Positions 46,268 through 55,827 of a stretch of 64,000 bases of DNA are shown here, piece by piece. Position numbers and translations under genes: made by a program. The notes under the pieces are model-generated. The model did not search any database. It saw only the letters and a program-made list of their open reading frames with translations, and was not told the DNA's origin. Origin of the DNA: Trueperaceae bacterium (GTDB lineage Bacteria; Deinococcota; Deinococci; Deinococcales; Trueperaceae); NCBI GenBank assembly GCA_034521815.1, contig JAXHLW010000013.1, positions 1,760,001 through 1,824,000 on the forward strand. Direction: 5' to 3'. Every line of letters starts with the position of its first letter. Position 1 is the first letter of the stretch.

Positions 46268-48634
46268 CTACTCGGCGCGCTCGAACGCGTACCGCAGAGC
46301 GCCCTGGCCGAACACGACCACGGGTCCGTCGTTCCCGCTGTCGTCCAGCTCGAGAGGGAGGCCGGACAGGGGCACGCCGTACGTGACGTACCCGTCGAAC
46401 TCGCCGGCGTCGTCCACGGTCGGACGCACCTCGACGCGGAACTCGCCGGCGTCCAGAACGAGCTGGCCGTCGTCCATCTCGAGCACGATCTCGCCGAGCG
46501 CGTCGTTCCGGTAGGTTCCGACGAACGCGTCCACCTCGTCCGGATCGACCGCGGCCTGCAGCGTCTCCAAGCGCTCGCGGCGGCTGCTCTCCGCCTGCTC
46601 GACCTGGAACGCCGCGTTCGCCGCGGCTTCCGTGGGAATGTCGTAGGTCAGCTCGAGGAGGCGGGTGGCGACGGCGTCGCTGAAGGCGTTCGTCCCCTGT
46701 CCGTTCGTGAGCACGACGATCCCGACGTCCGCCTCGGGCACGAACACGAACTCGGAGGTGAACCCGAGCGTGTTTCCCGAGTGGTACATCCTGCGTAGGC
46801 CCTTGTACTCGCCGACGATCCAGCCGAGGCCGTAGCTCTCCGTCGCAGAGATCGGCACCTGCGGTTCCCACGTTTCGCGCAGCGTCGCCTCGGACACCAC
46901 GCGCTGTCCGTCGGGCGTCACGCCGGCGCTCAGGATGGTCGCCATGTAGCGGCCCATGTCGCGGGCGGTCGACCAGTGCACGCCGGCGGGTGCGACGGGG
47001 AGCAGGATCTCCTCGACCGCGAGGTCGATCGGCTCGTACGCTCCGCTATCGACGCCCTGCTGATGGGGAACCGCGTGCACGCCACGCGCCCTGACGTCCT
47101 CGAACGAAAGGGTGGTGCGGTCCAGTCCGATCGGACCGAGCACGCGCTCGCTCAGGGAGGTCGCGTAGCCGTCGAACAGCTCGCCGTAGCTGGCCCCGTC
47201 GGCCGCGGCGGCCGCGTAGCCGGCGGTTGCGACGAGCTGATTGCTGTACTGGAACGCCTCGCCGAAGTCGGTGAAGAACTCGAAGGTCCGGAGCTGCTCG
47301 ACGATCCCTTCGGCGTCGAGCTCGTCGGCGTTGAAGAACAGCTCGAAGTCGCGCCGCGGCACCCCGGTGCACGCGCACAGCAGATTGCGGAGGGTGATCT
47401 CCTCCGTCAGCTCCGGATCGGCGACCGCGAACTGCGGAAGCACGTCCACGACCGGCGTGTCCCACTCCACGACGCCAGCGTCGACGAGGGTCGCGACCAG
47501 CAGCGACGTCATCGTCTTGCCGGTCGAGCCGATCATCATCTGCGTCTCAGGCGTGACCGGCTCGCCGCCGCCCGCCACCGTCGTGCCGAAGCCGTCCACG
47601 TGGACCACCTCACCGTCCTGGACGATGGCGATCGACGCCCCCGGCACGCCGAACGCCTCCACCTGCTCTTCGATGAAGGCGCGGAGCTCGGGCAGCGTCT
47701 CCTCCACCGGGCGGCGCTCCTCGCCCGTCAGATCGACGTCCTCGATCGCCGTGATGGACAGGCCGCTGGCGACGATCTGGAGCTGCGACGCCCGCCTCTG
47801 GAGATCGGCGAGGTCGGCATCGATCAACAGCGTGTAGATCGTGCCGTCGTGCAGCTGCGCGAGCGCCTGGACCACCCGGTCGTCGTCGTCGGGGTCGTAG
47901 TTCACCAAGAGGGTGCGCTCGACCCCGGGATCGGAGGGTGGCTCCAACGTCTCGTCCGGCTCGAGGTCGAACTGCGGCACCGCCAGCGACCAGGCGTCCG
48001 TCACCGCCCGCTCGAGGTCGTCGCCCTCGGACACGACGACGTGCATACGGATCCCGCCGGACGGATCGCGTGCCGTGACGAAGCCGTCCGCTTCCGTCAC
48101 CTGCCAGCCGCCAGGAACCGGAAAGGAGAACCGCCCTTGCGGCTCTTCGTACACGCGCTCCGGAGCCGGTTGCGCTTCCACCCCGGCCGGCGCGTCGGCG
48201 TCGTCCGTCGCCTGACCTCCGGGTGCGGCGTCGTCCCCTCGTCGCAACGCGAACGGGAACTCCTGCCCCGCCTGCGTGAACATGCCGGTCATCTCGTCCC
48301 CGTCGACGGTGCCGGTCAAGGTCGGCGATCCCTGGACGTCGGCGATCGCGAACGATACGTCCACGCCGTCGACGGCCACGTCCGAGAGTGGAACGCCGTT
48401 CGCGCCCTGCGCGGGAATGTCGATGGTGCCGCTCCAGCCGTCGTCGCCGGCGTCCAAGCGGACGGTCACCTCGAGCGGCTGGCCGGGAATCTCGATCGCT
48501 CCCTGCCAGGCGCCGGCGGCCGAATCGGTCGGCGAGGCGTCTTGAGCGACGGCGGTGGCCACGAACAGTGCGGCGCACAATGCCGCATACAGTGCCGAGA
48601 AGGCGCTCGAGGCGCGCCGAACGCGTCTGTTCAT
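46268..48634 (-). CDS. multidomain exported serine hydrolase (beta-lactamase/AmpC-like)
   Basis: Signal peptide, N-terminal beta module, PsbP-like segment, GVPGASIAIV, SxxK (STGK), YSN, HSG; GGAGG SD. Confidence 0.88.
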   Translation of the reverse strand: MNRRVRRASSAFSALYAALCAALFVATAVAQDASPTDSAAGAWQGAIEIPGQPLEVTVRLDAGDDGWSGTIDIPAQGANGVPLSDVAVDGVDVSFAIADVQGSPTLTGTVDGDEMTGMFTQAGQEFPFALRRGDDAAPGGQATDDADAPAGVEAQPAPERVYEEPQGRFSFPVPGGWQVTEADGFVTARDPSGGIRMHVVVSEGDDLERAVTDAWSLAVPQFDLEPDETLEPPSDPGVERTLLVNYDPDDDDRVVQALAQLHDGTIYTLLIDADLADLQRRASQLQIVASGLSITAIEDVDLTGEERRPVEETLPELRAFIEEQVEAFGVPGASIAIVQDGEVVHVDGFGTTVAGGGEPVTPETQMMIGSTGKTMTSLLVATLVDAGVVEWDTPVVDVLPQFAVADPELTEEITLRNLLCACTGVPRRDFELFFNADELDAEGIVEQLRTFEFFTDFGEAFQYSNQLVATAGYAAAAADGASYGELFDGYATSLSERVLGPIGLDRTTLSFEDVRARGVHAVPHQQGVDSGAYEPIDLAVEEILLPVAPAGVHWSTARDMGRYMATILSAGVTPDGQRVVSEATLRETWEPQVPISATESYGLGWIVGEYKGLRRMYHSGNTLGFTSEFVFVPEADVGIVVLTNGQGTNAFSDAVATRLLELTYDIPTEAAANAAFQVEQAESSRRERLETLQAAVDPDEVDAFVGTYRNDALGEIVLEMDDGQLVLDAGEFRVEVRPTVDDAGEFDGYVTYGVPLSGLPLELDDSGNDGPVVVFGQGALRYAFERAE

Positions 48635-48985
48635 TTCCGGTACCTCCTGAGGGCGATCGCTCATACGGAATCGCTCCCGCCCGACGTATTCGGGATGGCC
48701 TGCCGCCCTCGTCGGGAAGCCTAGCGAAGGTCCGCGATGCGGTCAAACCGTTCGGTGACACGCTCGACGGGATACGCCGTTCGACGGGACGATCGTCGGC
48801 CGGACCCGTCTCCGTGATCACGACTCGGACGCCGCCCTTCACGTTCGGAAGGGACGGACGTGCCGGTGGTGGACGCGGTGTCGAGGAGGCTACCAGAGGC
48901 CGAGCTCGTGCCCCGGGATGGACCCGAACCGCGAGACATGGTCATTCGTGCGCGCGGCACGGCATGTCGGAGGCTAGACTCAGCC

Positions 48986-49859
48986 GTGGCCGACATCGCT
49001 GTGCGCCTGCTGCGCCTGCTGGGCGCGCCCACCGTCGAGGTCGACGGACGGCGCGAGCCGCTGCCGTTCACGACCCCGACCTCGTTGCTGCTGTACTTGG
49101 CGGTGGCGGGCGACTGGGTGTCGCGCTACGAGCTGGCCTTCCTCTTCCGGCCGGACGAGCCCGAGACGGTGGCGTTGCAGTACCTGCGCCTGCAGCTCCA
49201 CCGGGCGCAGCGCGCTCCGTGGGCGCTGGGCCTCGAGATCGGAGCCGACCAGCTGCGTTGGGCGCCTGCGAGCGACCTGGCGAGCTTCGACGCCGCCTTC
49301 GCGTCGAAGGACTGGGGGGCCGTCGTGGACGCCTACGGCGGGCCGTTGCTGGCGTCGTTCGCGATGCGCGACAAGCCGACCTTCGAGACCTGGCTGGAGC
49401 TCGAGCGCGACGGCGTCGAGCAGCGCTACCGGACCGCCTTGGAGCGCCGCGCGATGGAGCTCGCCGAACGGGGTGCGCTGTCCGAGGCGGCCGACCTGCT
49501 CGGTCGTCGCGCACGCCTCGACACGCTCGACGAGGCCGCGACCGTCGCGTACCTCGAGGCCCTCGGACGCATCGGCCGCAAGGCCGACGCGCGGCGACAC
49601 TACGACGGCTTCGTCGCGCTGTTGCGTGACGAGCTCGACGCCGTCCCGGCCGAGGCGACGCGCACCCTGATGGAGCGGATCGATGCCGGGGACGTCGAAG
49701 ACGCGGCACCGGCACGGTCCCCTTCGCGCGACACGGTGCCGCAACCCGCGACCCGCTTCGTCGGACGGCGATCGGAAGTGGCCGAGCTCGAGCAGCGGCT
49801 CGCGCAGGACGACTGCCGACTGCTCACCATCGTGGGGCTCGGCGGTACCGGCAAGACAA
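48986..49859 (+). pseudogene. truncated SARP-type wHTH-BTAD / NB-ARC transcriptional regulator
   Basis: LLLYLA, VSRYELA, YGGPLL, FETWLELER, LRDELDAVP, TRFVGRRSE, LLTIVGLGGTGKT; similarity stops right after Walker A and the frame runs on antisense to abiEi until 50533. Confidence 0.8.
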
Positions 49860-49928
49860 CTGCATGTCGACCGCGCGCTCCCGCGCCACGCGCCGCAACC
49901 GACTCCGAATGTCCGCAGCCCGGTTCAC
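49857..49928 (-). pseudogene. 5' remnant of AbiEii-type nucleotidyltransferase toxin
   Basis: GTG overlaps the abiEi stop (GTGA); MNRAADIRSRLRRVARERAVDMQL resembles the helical N-terminus of AbiEii proteins; runs into unrelated sequence and stops at 49824. Confidence 0.6.
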
Positions 49929-50530
49929 GCGAGGAACGCCTCCAAATACGGCGCCATCGCCTTATCCACTTTCACCCGCCGAGCCTCGTCCAGCAGCGCA
50001 TCGACCGTGCTTCTCCGGCGTACGTACGCCCGGAGAACCTCCAACGACGCCTCGAGCCCGACACGGCTACGAAACCGGAACATGTCGACCACCGTTCGAG
50101 CAGGACTGGTCACGCGAATGTCCGCACCGAAGTAATCCTCGACCTGCACCGCCGAGCCCGTGAGCAGAGCCGGCTCGACGTAGGCGATCTCGAGCGTGAC
50201 GAACTCCAAGCGCGGACGGGGTGTACCCGGCGGAAGCGCGACCCACACCGCGTAGGGCGTGGCGACCGTCAGCTCGTAGAGCTGGGCGGCCGAGAAGAGA
50301 CACACGACCGCATGAGGAACGCGGGCGCATACCTTCGCCAACGTCGCCCGCTCGTCCGAGGGCGCATCCACGCTCTCGTACATGCCGCGCGCCACCCGCC
50401 GAATACGCCCCCGCTCCACGAGTCGCGACAAATAGGCCCTGGGAATCCCGAACTCGGCCAGGTCCCGCGCCCGCACGAAACGTCGCTCGTCGAAGAGTCG
50501 CAAGAGTGTGGTGGTGTGGTCGTCGGCCAT
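49925..50530 (-). CDS. type IV toxin-antitoxin AbiEi family antitoxin
   Basis: VRARDL...LSRLVERGRIRRVARGMY wHTH, VVCLFSA, RVTSPARTVVDMFRFRSRVGLE. Confidence 0.88.
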   Translation of the reverse strand: MADDHTTTLLRLFDERRFVRARDLAEFGIPRAYLSRLVERGRIRRVARGMYESVDAPSDERATLAKVCARVPHAVVCLFSAAQLYELTVATPYAVWVALPPGTPRPRLEFVTLEIAYVEPALLTGSAVQVEDYFGADIRVTSPARTVVDMFRFRSRVGLEASLEVLRAYVRRRSTVDALLDEARRVKVDKAMAPYLEAFLA

Positions 50531-50579
50531 TGATACGTATTTTAACAGTTTGTCATCCGCCTGTTAGGATTCGTATCAA
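50530..50579. promoter_or_regulatory. inverted-repeat operator and -10 box of abiEi
   Basis: 19-bp arms TTGATACGTATTTTAACAG / CTGTTAGGATTCGTATCAA (16/19 complementary), 12-bp spacer; minus-strand TAAAAT 8 nt before ATG. Confidence 0.75.
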
Positions 50580-50636
50580 ACCGGCAAGAAGCGTCGCCCG
50601 TTGACGACACTCCAACCCCTCTGTGATTCGAGCCGC

Positions 50637-50900
50637 TGCGATCGTTCTGAAGCCACTACGGTGGATCCGGCGTGAGTTCCAACACCATTCCGCACGCGTC
50701 GCCCGATCGTCACACCTTCACATCGTCGTTGAGCGTCAACGGATCCGCCGTCCGTCCGCGAATCCCCAGTTCGCCTCCGGCGCGAGGTGCCCCCTCGACT
50801 CGAAAATCTTCACCTGTGCCATTGGGCCCATTTCGAAACGGGGAACGGCAGAATGCGCACCACCCATTTCGGGGCGATGCGATTGATCTGGAGCCACTAC
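50637..50900. repeat. imperfect 23-bp direct repeat pair (50637-50659 and 50878-50900)
   Basis: TGCGATCGTTCTGAAGCCACTAC vs TGCGATTGATCTGGAGCCACTAC, 20/23 identical; second copy includes the amn stop codon. Confidence 0.6.
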
Positions 50901-51766
50901 CACCGGTAGTGCCGAATCTGCTCCCCGCGCTCGGCGATCTCGCTCATCGCCTTGATGCCGATCTCGATGTGGCGGTCGGTGTGGTCGCGGAACACCGCCC
51001 GCGCCGACTCGCGCGTCTTGACGCCGCCCTTGCGGAGCGGCAGGTCCGAGACCAGCAGCAACGCCCCGATCGGGACCTTGGACGCGAACCCGACCGAGAA
51101 CAGCGTCGCGGTCTCCATGTCGATCGCCAGCGCACGCTCCTCGTACAGCGCCGCCTTGAACCGCTCGTCGAACTCCCAGAAACGGTAGTCGGTCGTGTGC
51201 ACCACGCCGGTGCGATAGTCCGCCCCGGCCTCGACGATGATCTGCGACACGAACTTCTGGATCTTGAACGTCGGCAACGCCGGCACCTGCGGCGGCATGA
51301 AGTGCTTGGACGACCCCTCGTCGCGAATGGCGGCGGTCGGAAGCACGAAGTCGCCCACCACCAACGACCGGTGAAGTCCGCCGCAGATGCCCAGGAACAG
51401 CGTGGCCTTGGGCTCGGCCGTGGCCAGCACCTCGATGATCAGCGCCGCGACCGGACTGCCGATCGAAAAGTCGATGATCGACACGCCCAGGCGCTCGCTA
51501 TGCGCAGCGCCCATCGCCGACCCGCGCGTCGTGGTGGCGTCGCCCGCCAGCGCCTCGAAGCGCTCCGCGTAGTACGCGAAGTTCGTCAGGATGATCTGCT
51601 TTTGGAACCCCTCCGGCGGCGTGCCGGTGTAGCGCTCCAGGAACTCGCGGCCGATACGCCACTTCTCGCGGTTCGCGTAGATCTGGTTCTGGGTCGAAGG
51701 ACGCCCAGCAGGCGATTCGTGCCGCATCGACTCCGGGGCGGGCGTGGCGTCGTCGTCTCGCTCCAT
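50897..51766 (-). CDS. amn: AMP nucleosidase (short PNP/UDP-fold type)
   Basis: LERYTG, IILTNF, IIDFSIGSP, FLGICGGL, AAIRDEGSS, TTDYRFWE, AIDMETATLF, LLLVSDLP. Confidence 0.85.
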   Translation of the reverse strand: MERDDDATPAPESMRHESPAGRPSTQNQIYANREKWRIGREFLERYTGTPPEGFQKQIILTNFAYYAERFEALAGDATTTRGSAMGAAHSERLGVSIIDFSIGSPVAALIIEVLATAEPKATLFLGICGGLHRSLVVGDFVLPTAAIRDEGSSKHFMPPQVPALPTFKIQKFVSQIIVEAGADYRTGVVHTTDYRFWEFDERFKAALYEERALAIDMETATLFSVGFASKVPIGALLLVSDLPLRKGGVKTRESARAVFRDHTDRHIEIGIKAMSEIAERGEQIRHYRW

Positions 51767-51801
51767 GCGCCATGCTAGCGCGGACGGCCCGGCCCGCCCG
51801 A

Positions 51802-53115
51802 TCAGGCCGCGTCGCGGAACACGCCGGCGGCGGGTCGGTAGCGCCAGGCCAGCGTCGCGGCGCGCGCGACCATCAGGCCCACCAGCGCCCACCACACGCC
51901 GTTCAGGCCCCAGCCCAGCGGCAGCACGCCGGCCAGCAGCGCGCCCGCGACCAGCGCGGAGAGGACCATCGCGACGGCCAGGAACGCGAAGTCTTCGATC
52001 GCCATGAACACGCCGTCCCAGACGAACACCAGCGCGTTCAGCGGCTGCATCGCGGCGACGAACGGGAAGATCGCCAGCACCTGCGCCACCACCGCCGGAT
52101 CGTCGCTGAACGCGGTCGCCAGCCACGGGCGCGCGATCCAGAACGCCGCGCCCAGCGCGATGCCGACACCGAGCCCCAGCAGCAGCAGCCGGTCGGACAC
52201 GGCGCGAGCCTCGGCGGCCCGCCCCTCGCCCACGTAGCGGGCCACCAGCGCCTGCGCCGCGATGGCCAACGCGTCAACGATCAGCGCCATGAACATCCAC
52301 AGCTGCGCCGCGACCTGATGGGCGGCCACTTCGAGCACGCCCAGCCGGGTCGCCACGGCGGTCGCCGCCGTCATCGCGGCGATCAGCGAGAAGGTGCGGA
52401 TCAGCAGCGCCCAGCCGACCCTCAAGAACGGCGTCAGCTCGGCTGGCGTGGGAAGCGCCCACGGCACCTGCCAGGTCCGGCGCAAGCGGCCGTAGACCAG
52501 GGCCAAGAACGCCAGAGCTCCCGCCCATTGCGCGATCATCGTCGCCCAGGCCGCCCCGATCAGGCCCCAGCCGAACACGAAGATGAACAGCGGGTCGAGG
52601 ACCAGGTTCACCGCCGCGACCATCGACGTCACGATCAGCGGCGTGCGGGTGTCCTGGTGCCCCCGGAACGCGCCGTTGGCCGCCGTGATCAGCAGCAACG
52701 CCGGACCGGCCAGCGCCCGCACCCGCAGGTATCCCGTCGCCGGCCCCAGCAGCGCCTCGTCGGCGCCCATCGCGCGCAGGATCGGCACCGCCAGCAGCTG
52801 CAGCAACGTCAGCGCGATCACGCCCGCCACCGCCGCCAGCACGAACGCGTTCGCGACGACGCGGCCGGCGGCGGCCCGGTCGCCCCGGCCCAGGGCCCGC
52901 GCCACCATCGGCGTGGTCCCGTAGGCGAGAAAGTTGAACACGATGAACGCGAACGAGAACACCGCCACGTTCACGCCCAGCGCCGCGAGCGGCACACGGC
53001 CCAGCCGGCCCACGAACGCGGTGTCGATCAGCGACACCAGCGGATCGGCCGCCAGAGCGCCCAGGGCGGGGACGGCCAGCGCCAGGATCTCGCGGTCGTA
53101 GCGGCGGCTCAGCAC
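51802..53115 (-). CDS. MATE efflux transporter (DinF-like)
   Basis: LAVPALGALAADPLVSLIDTAFVGRLG, FRGHQDTRTP, NLVLDPLFIF, AAHQV. Confidence 0.92.
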   Translation of the reverse strand: MLSRRYDREILALAVPALGALAADPLVSLIDTAFVGRLGRVPLAALGVNVAVFSFAFIVFNFLAYGTTPMVARALGRGDRAAAGRVVANAFVLAAVAGVIALTLLQLLAVPILRAMGADEALLGPATGYLRVRALAGPALLLITAANGAFRGHQDTRTPLIVTSMVAAVNLVLDPLFIFVFGWGLIGAAWATMIAQWAGALAFLALVYGRLRRTWQVPWALPTPAELTPFLRVGWALLIRTFSLIAAMTAATAVATRLGVLEVAAHQVAAQLWMFMALIVDALAIAAQALVARYVGEGRAAEARAVSDRLLLLGLGVGIALGAAFWIARPWLATAFSDDPAVVAQVLAIFPFVAAMQPLNALVFVWDGVFMAIEDFAFLAVAMVLSALVAGALLAGVLPLGWGLNGVWWALVGLMVARAATLAWRYRPAAGVFRDAA

Positions 53116-53182
53116 CTGCGGAGCCTACCCCGCCGGCCTCGCCTGTCCCTGCCGGTTCGCCGTCGTCACGATCGTGGAGGGC

Positions 53183-54460
53183 TCAGACCTCCACCGTGTC
53201 GATCGTCACCTCGCCCTCCAGCGTCCGGTGGACGGGGCACCTGTCCGCGATCTCCATCAGGCGGCCTCGCTGCTCGTCGTCCAGGTCGCCGACGAGACGG
53301 ACTCGGCGCTCGAAGGTGGTGTGCACCGTTCCCTGCTTGCGTTCGCTGTTCGAGTCGACCTCGACCTCGATCGACGTCACGGGCCATTTCTTGCGGTCGG
53401 CATACATGCGCAGCGTGATCGACGTGCACGACGCCAGCGCGACGCGCATCAGCTCGTTGGGCGTGGGTCCCGTGTCCGTCCCGCCGACCTTCTCGGGCTC
53501 GTCGGCGCGGAGCGGGAATCCGCCGGCGTAGGCGTCGGTCGCGTAACCCTCGCCGGTCACGGCCCGCGTGGTCCGCTCGTCGAGGCGCCTGCGTGCGTCG
53601 TCCCGCTGCGCGACTCCGTCGGTCGCGGCTCGGGCGGTCGCGGCTCGGCCGGTCGCGGCTCGGGCGGTCGCGCGCGTCCCCTGCGCGTCTCCCGACGCCT
53701 CCAACGTCGCCGCGGCCCACGCTCCGATGGCGTGGCCCGCGAAGCGGGCGTCGGCCTCGCGCGACAGCAGGTGGTCGGCCTGTCCCAGCGACACGTACGA
53801 CTTGCGGGGGTGCTTGGCCGCCTTGAACAGGCGCTCGGCATGCTCGATGCCGACCACCTTGTCGGTCACCGCGTGGAGCACCGCGACGGGAACCTTCAGC
53901 CCGTGCAGGCACTGCAGCGGCGTGCGCGCGTCCAACTCGTCGAAGAACCGCTTGGGCAGCTGGAACGAGCGCCCCGCCAGGACGGTCTCGATCGACTCGC
54001 CCTCCTGGAGCTCGGCGGGGTCGCCGGTCACCAGCTGCCGGACGTGGCCGGGGTCCGAGGGCGTGCCGATCGTGGCGACCGCGGCCAGCGACGGAAGCCG
54101 CTCGGCGACCAGCAGTGCAGCCACACCGCCCAGCGAGTGCCCGATCAGCAGCGACGGCGCAGCGATCTCCTCGCTCAGCCAACCCGCCGCGTCCTCGAGA
54201 TCGTCGGCGTCGCCGCCCAGCCCCTCCTCGGCGAAGTCGCCCTCGCTCTCGCCCAGGCCGGTGAAGTCCAGCCGCAAGACGGCGAAGCCGTGCTCCGTCA
54301 AGGTCCGGCTCAGACGGACCAGCCCCTTGAGGTCCTTGCCGCAGGTGAAGCAGTGCGCCAACAGAGCGGTGGCCGACGCCTGGCCGCCGTCCGGGAGCTC
54401 CAGACGGGCGGCCAGGCGTCGGCCGCGACGATTCTCGAATTCGATGCTGCGAGTGGCCAT
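53183..54460 (-). CDS. bifunctional alpha/beta hydrolase / OsmC family protein
   Basis: AHCFTCGKD, RLDFTGLGESEG, GHSLGG, ADHLL; OsmC part ADEP..GG.DTGPTP, LASCT, RCPVHRTL. Confidence 0.93.
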   Translation of the reverse strand: MATRSIEFENRRGRRLAARLELPDGGQASATALLAHCFTCGKDLKGLVRLSRTLTEHGFAVLRLDFTGLGESEGDFAEEGLGGDADDLEDAAGWLSEEIAAPSLLIGHSLGGVAALLVAERLPSLAAVATIGTPSDPGHVRQLVTGDPAELQEGESIETVLAGRSFQLPKRFFDELDARTPLQCLHGLKVPVAVLHAVTDKVVGIEHAERLFKAAKHPRKSYVSLGQADHLLSREADARFAGHAIGAWAAATLEASGDAQGTRATARAATGRAATARAATDGVAQRDDARRRLDERTTRAVTGEGYATDAYAGGFPLRADEPEKVGGTDTGPTPNELMRVALASCTSITLRMYADRKKWPVTSIEVEVDSNSERKQGTVHTTFERRVRLVGDLDDEQRGRLMEIADRCPVHRTLEGEVTIDTVEV

Positions 54461-54515
54461 GCCGGAAGCCTAGCCTGCGCCCCACGACGTGCCTGTCGGG
54501 ATTCCGACCACGCGC

Positions 54516-55667
54516 TCAGCCCAGCAGCTTCTCGATCCGGCGCAGCGCCTCGCGCACGTTCTCGGTGCTGGTCGCGTAGCTGAGGCGCCCGAAGCCGGGC
54601 GCGGCGAAGTCCGTGCCGGGGACCACGCCGACGTGCGCCTCCTCCAGCAGGCGCAGCGCGGCGGTGCCCTCGTCCGGATCGATCGGCGTCATGTCCGCCA
54701 TGGCGTAGAACGCCCCGTGCGGCATCGGCGTGGCCAGCCCCAGCGCGTTGAGGCCCTCGACCAGGATGCCGCGGCGCTCCCGGTAGGCAGCCCGCGTCTC
54801 GGCCTGGAACGCGGCGGTTTTCTCGACCTCGTTCAGGGCGGCGACGGTGGCGTGCTGCGCCAAGGCGTTCGCGCCGCTCGTGACCTGACCCTGAAGACGG
54901 GTCATCGACTTGATCAGCGGCTTCGGACCCACCCCCCAGCCGATCCTCCAGCCCGTCAGGGCGTAGCCCTTCGAGGCGCCGTGCACGGTCAGCGTGCCAT
55001 CCGGATAGAGCGGCTGGACGGGCGTGAACTCGCCCTCGTAGATCAGGTGCTCGTACAGGTCGTCGCTGATCAGCCAGACGCCGTGCTCGCGCGCCAGGGC
55101 GGCCAGGGCCTCGACCACCTCGCGCGGGTACACCGCGCCGGTCGGGTTGGACGGGCTGTTCAGGATCAGGGCCTTCGTGCGCGGCGTGAACGCGGCGGCG
55201 ACGGCGTCCGGATCGGGCACGAAGCCGTCCTCGGCACGGGCCTCGACCGGCACCACCACGCCGCCGGCGACCTCGACCTGAGCGGGGTACGACACCCAGT
55301 ACGGGGCGATCAGGATCACCTCGTCGCCGGGGTCGACCATCGCCTGGATCGCGTTGTAGAGGACCTGCTTGCCGCCGGTGCCGACGATCACCTCGGACGG
55401 ATCGGCGCTCCAGCCGTTCTCGCGGGCGTGCTTCGCGACGATCGCCTCGCGCAGCTCGTGGGTTCCTTCGGCCGGCGTGTACTTCGTCAATCCCAGCTCG
55501 ATCGCCTCGCGCGCCGCGTCCAGCACGTGCGCGGGCGGCTGGAAGTCGGGCTCCCCTGCGGTCATGGCGATCACGTCGACGCCCTGACGGCGCATCTCGG
55601 CGGCCTTCGCGGCGAACGCGACGGTCGACGACGCACGAACGTTCTGAATCCGATCCGACAGCTGCAT
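54516..55667 (-). CDS. aspC: pyridoxal-phosphate class I aminotransferase (aspartate aminotransferase-like)
   Basis: GEPDF, GTGGKQ, PYWVSY, NSPSNPTG, DDLY, SKGYALTGWRIG, VVPG; GGAGG SD. Confidence 0.9.
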   Translation of the reverse strand: MQLSDRIQNVRASSTVAFAAKAAEMRRQGVDVIAMTAGEPDFQPPAHVLDAAREAIELGLTKYTPAEGTHELREAIVAKHARENGWSADPSEVIVGTGGKQVLYNAIQAMVDPGDEVILIAPYWVSYPAQVEVAGGVVVPVEARAEDGFVPDPDAVAAAFTPRTKALILNSPSNPTGAVYPREVVEALAALAREHGVWLISDDLYEHLIYEGEFTPVQPLYPDGTLTVHGASKGYALTGWRIGWGVGPKPLIKSMTRLQGQVTSGANALAQHATVAALNEVEKTAAFQAETRAAYRERRGILVEGLNALGLATPMPHGAFYAMADMTPIDPDEGTAALRLLEEAHVGVVPGTDFAAPGFGRLSYATSTENVREALRRIEKLLG

Positions 55668-55767
55668 GCGGCCTCCTGGTGGACGCGCGCGAGCCAGGCG
55701 GCGGCACGCGTCGCGTGGCATCCTAGCAGGACGTGACCTGGGCGTGCGCGCCCGGGAAGGAGCCACC

Positions 55768-55827
55768 GTGCCCACTGCAACTGTGCCCACGGCAACCATG
55801 CCCACAGCAACCATGCCCACGGCACTC
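55768..55827 (+). repeat. 4 x 15-bp tandem repeat duplicating the SDR start codon ((M/V)PTA(T/L))
   Basis: In-frame GTG/GTG/ATG/ATG at 55768, 55783, 55798, 55813. Confidence 0.9.

Noticed and set aside
48764..48789. TCGACGGGA direct repeat as a SARP binding site
   Set aside because: Only two copies 17 bp apart, not the 11/22-bp periodicity expected; could be chance
49860..50533. C-terminal 224 aa of ORF 48860-50533 as a novel regulator domain
   Set aside because: It is the antisense read-through of abiEi and the toxin remnant after the deletion junction
50600..50896. tRNA, ncRNA or small CDS (50623-50886) in the abiEi-amn gap
   Set aside because: No cloverleaf or recognisable RNA motif; the ORF has no SD and no protein-like features
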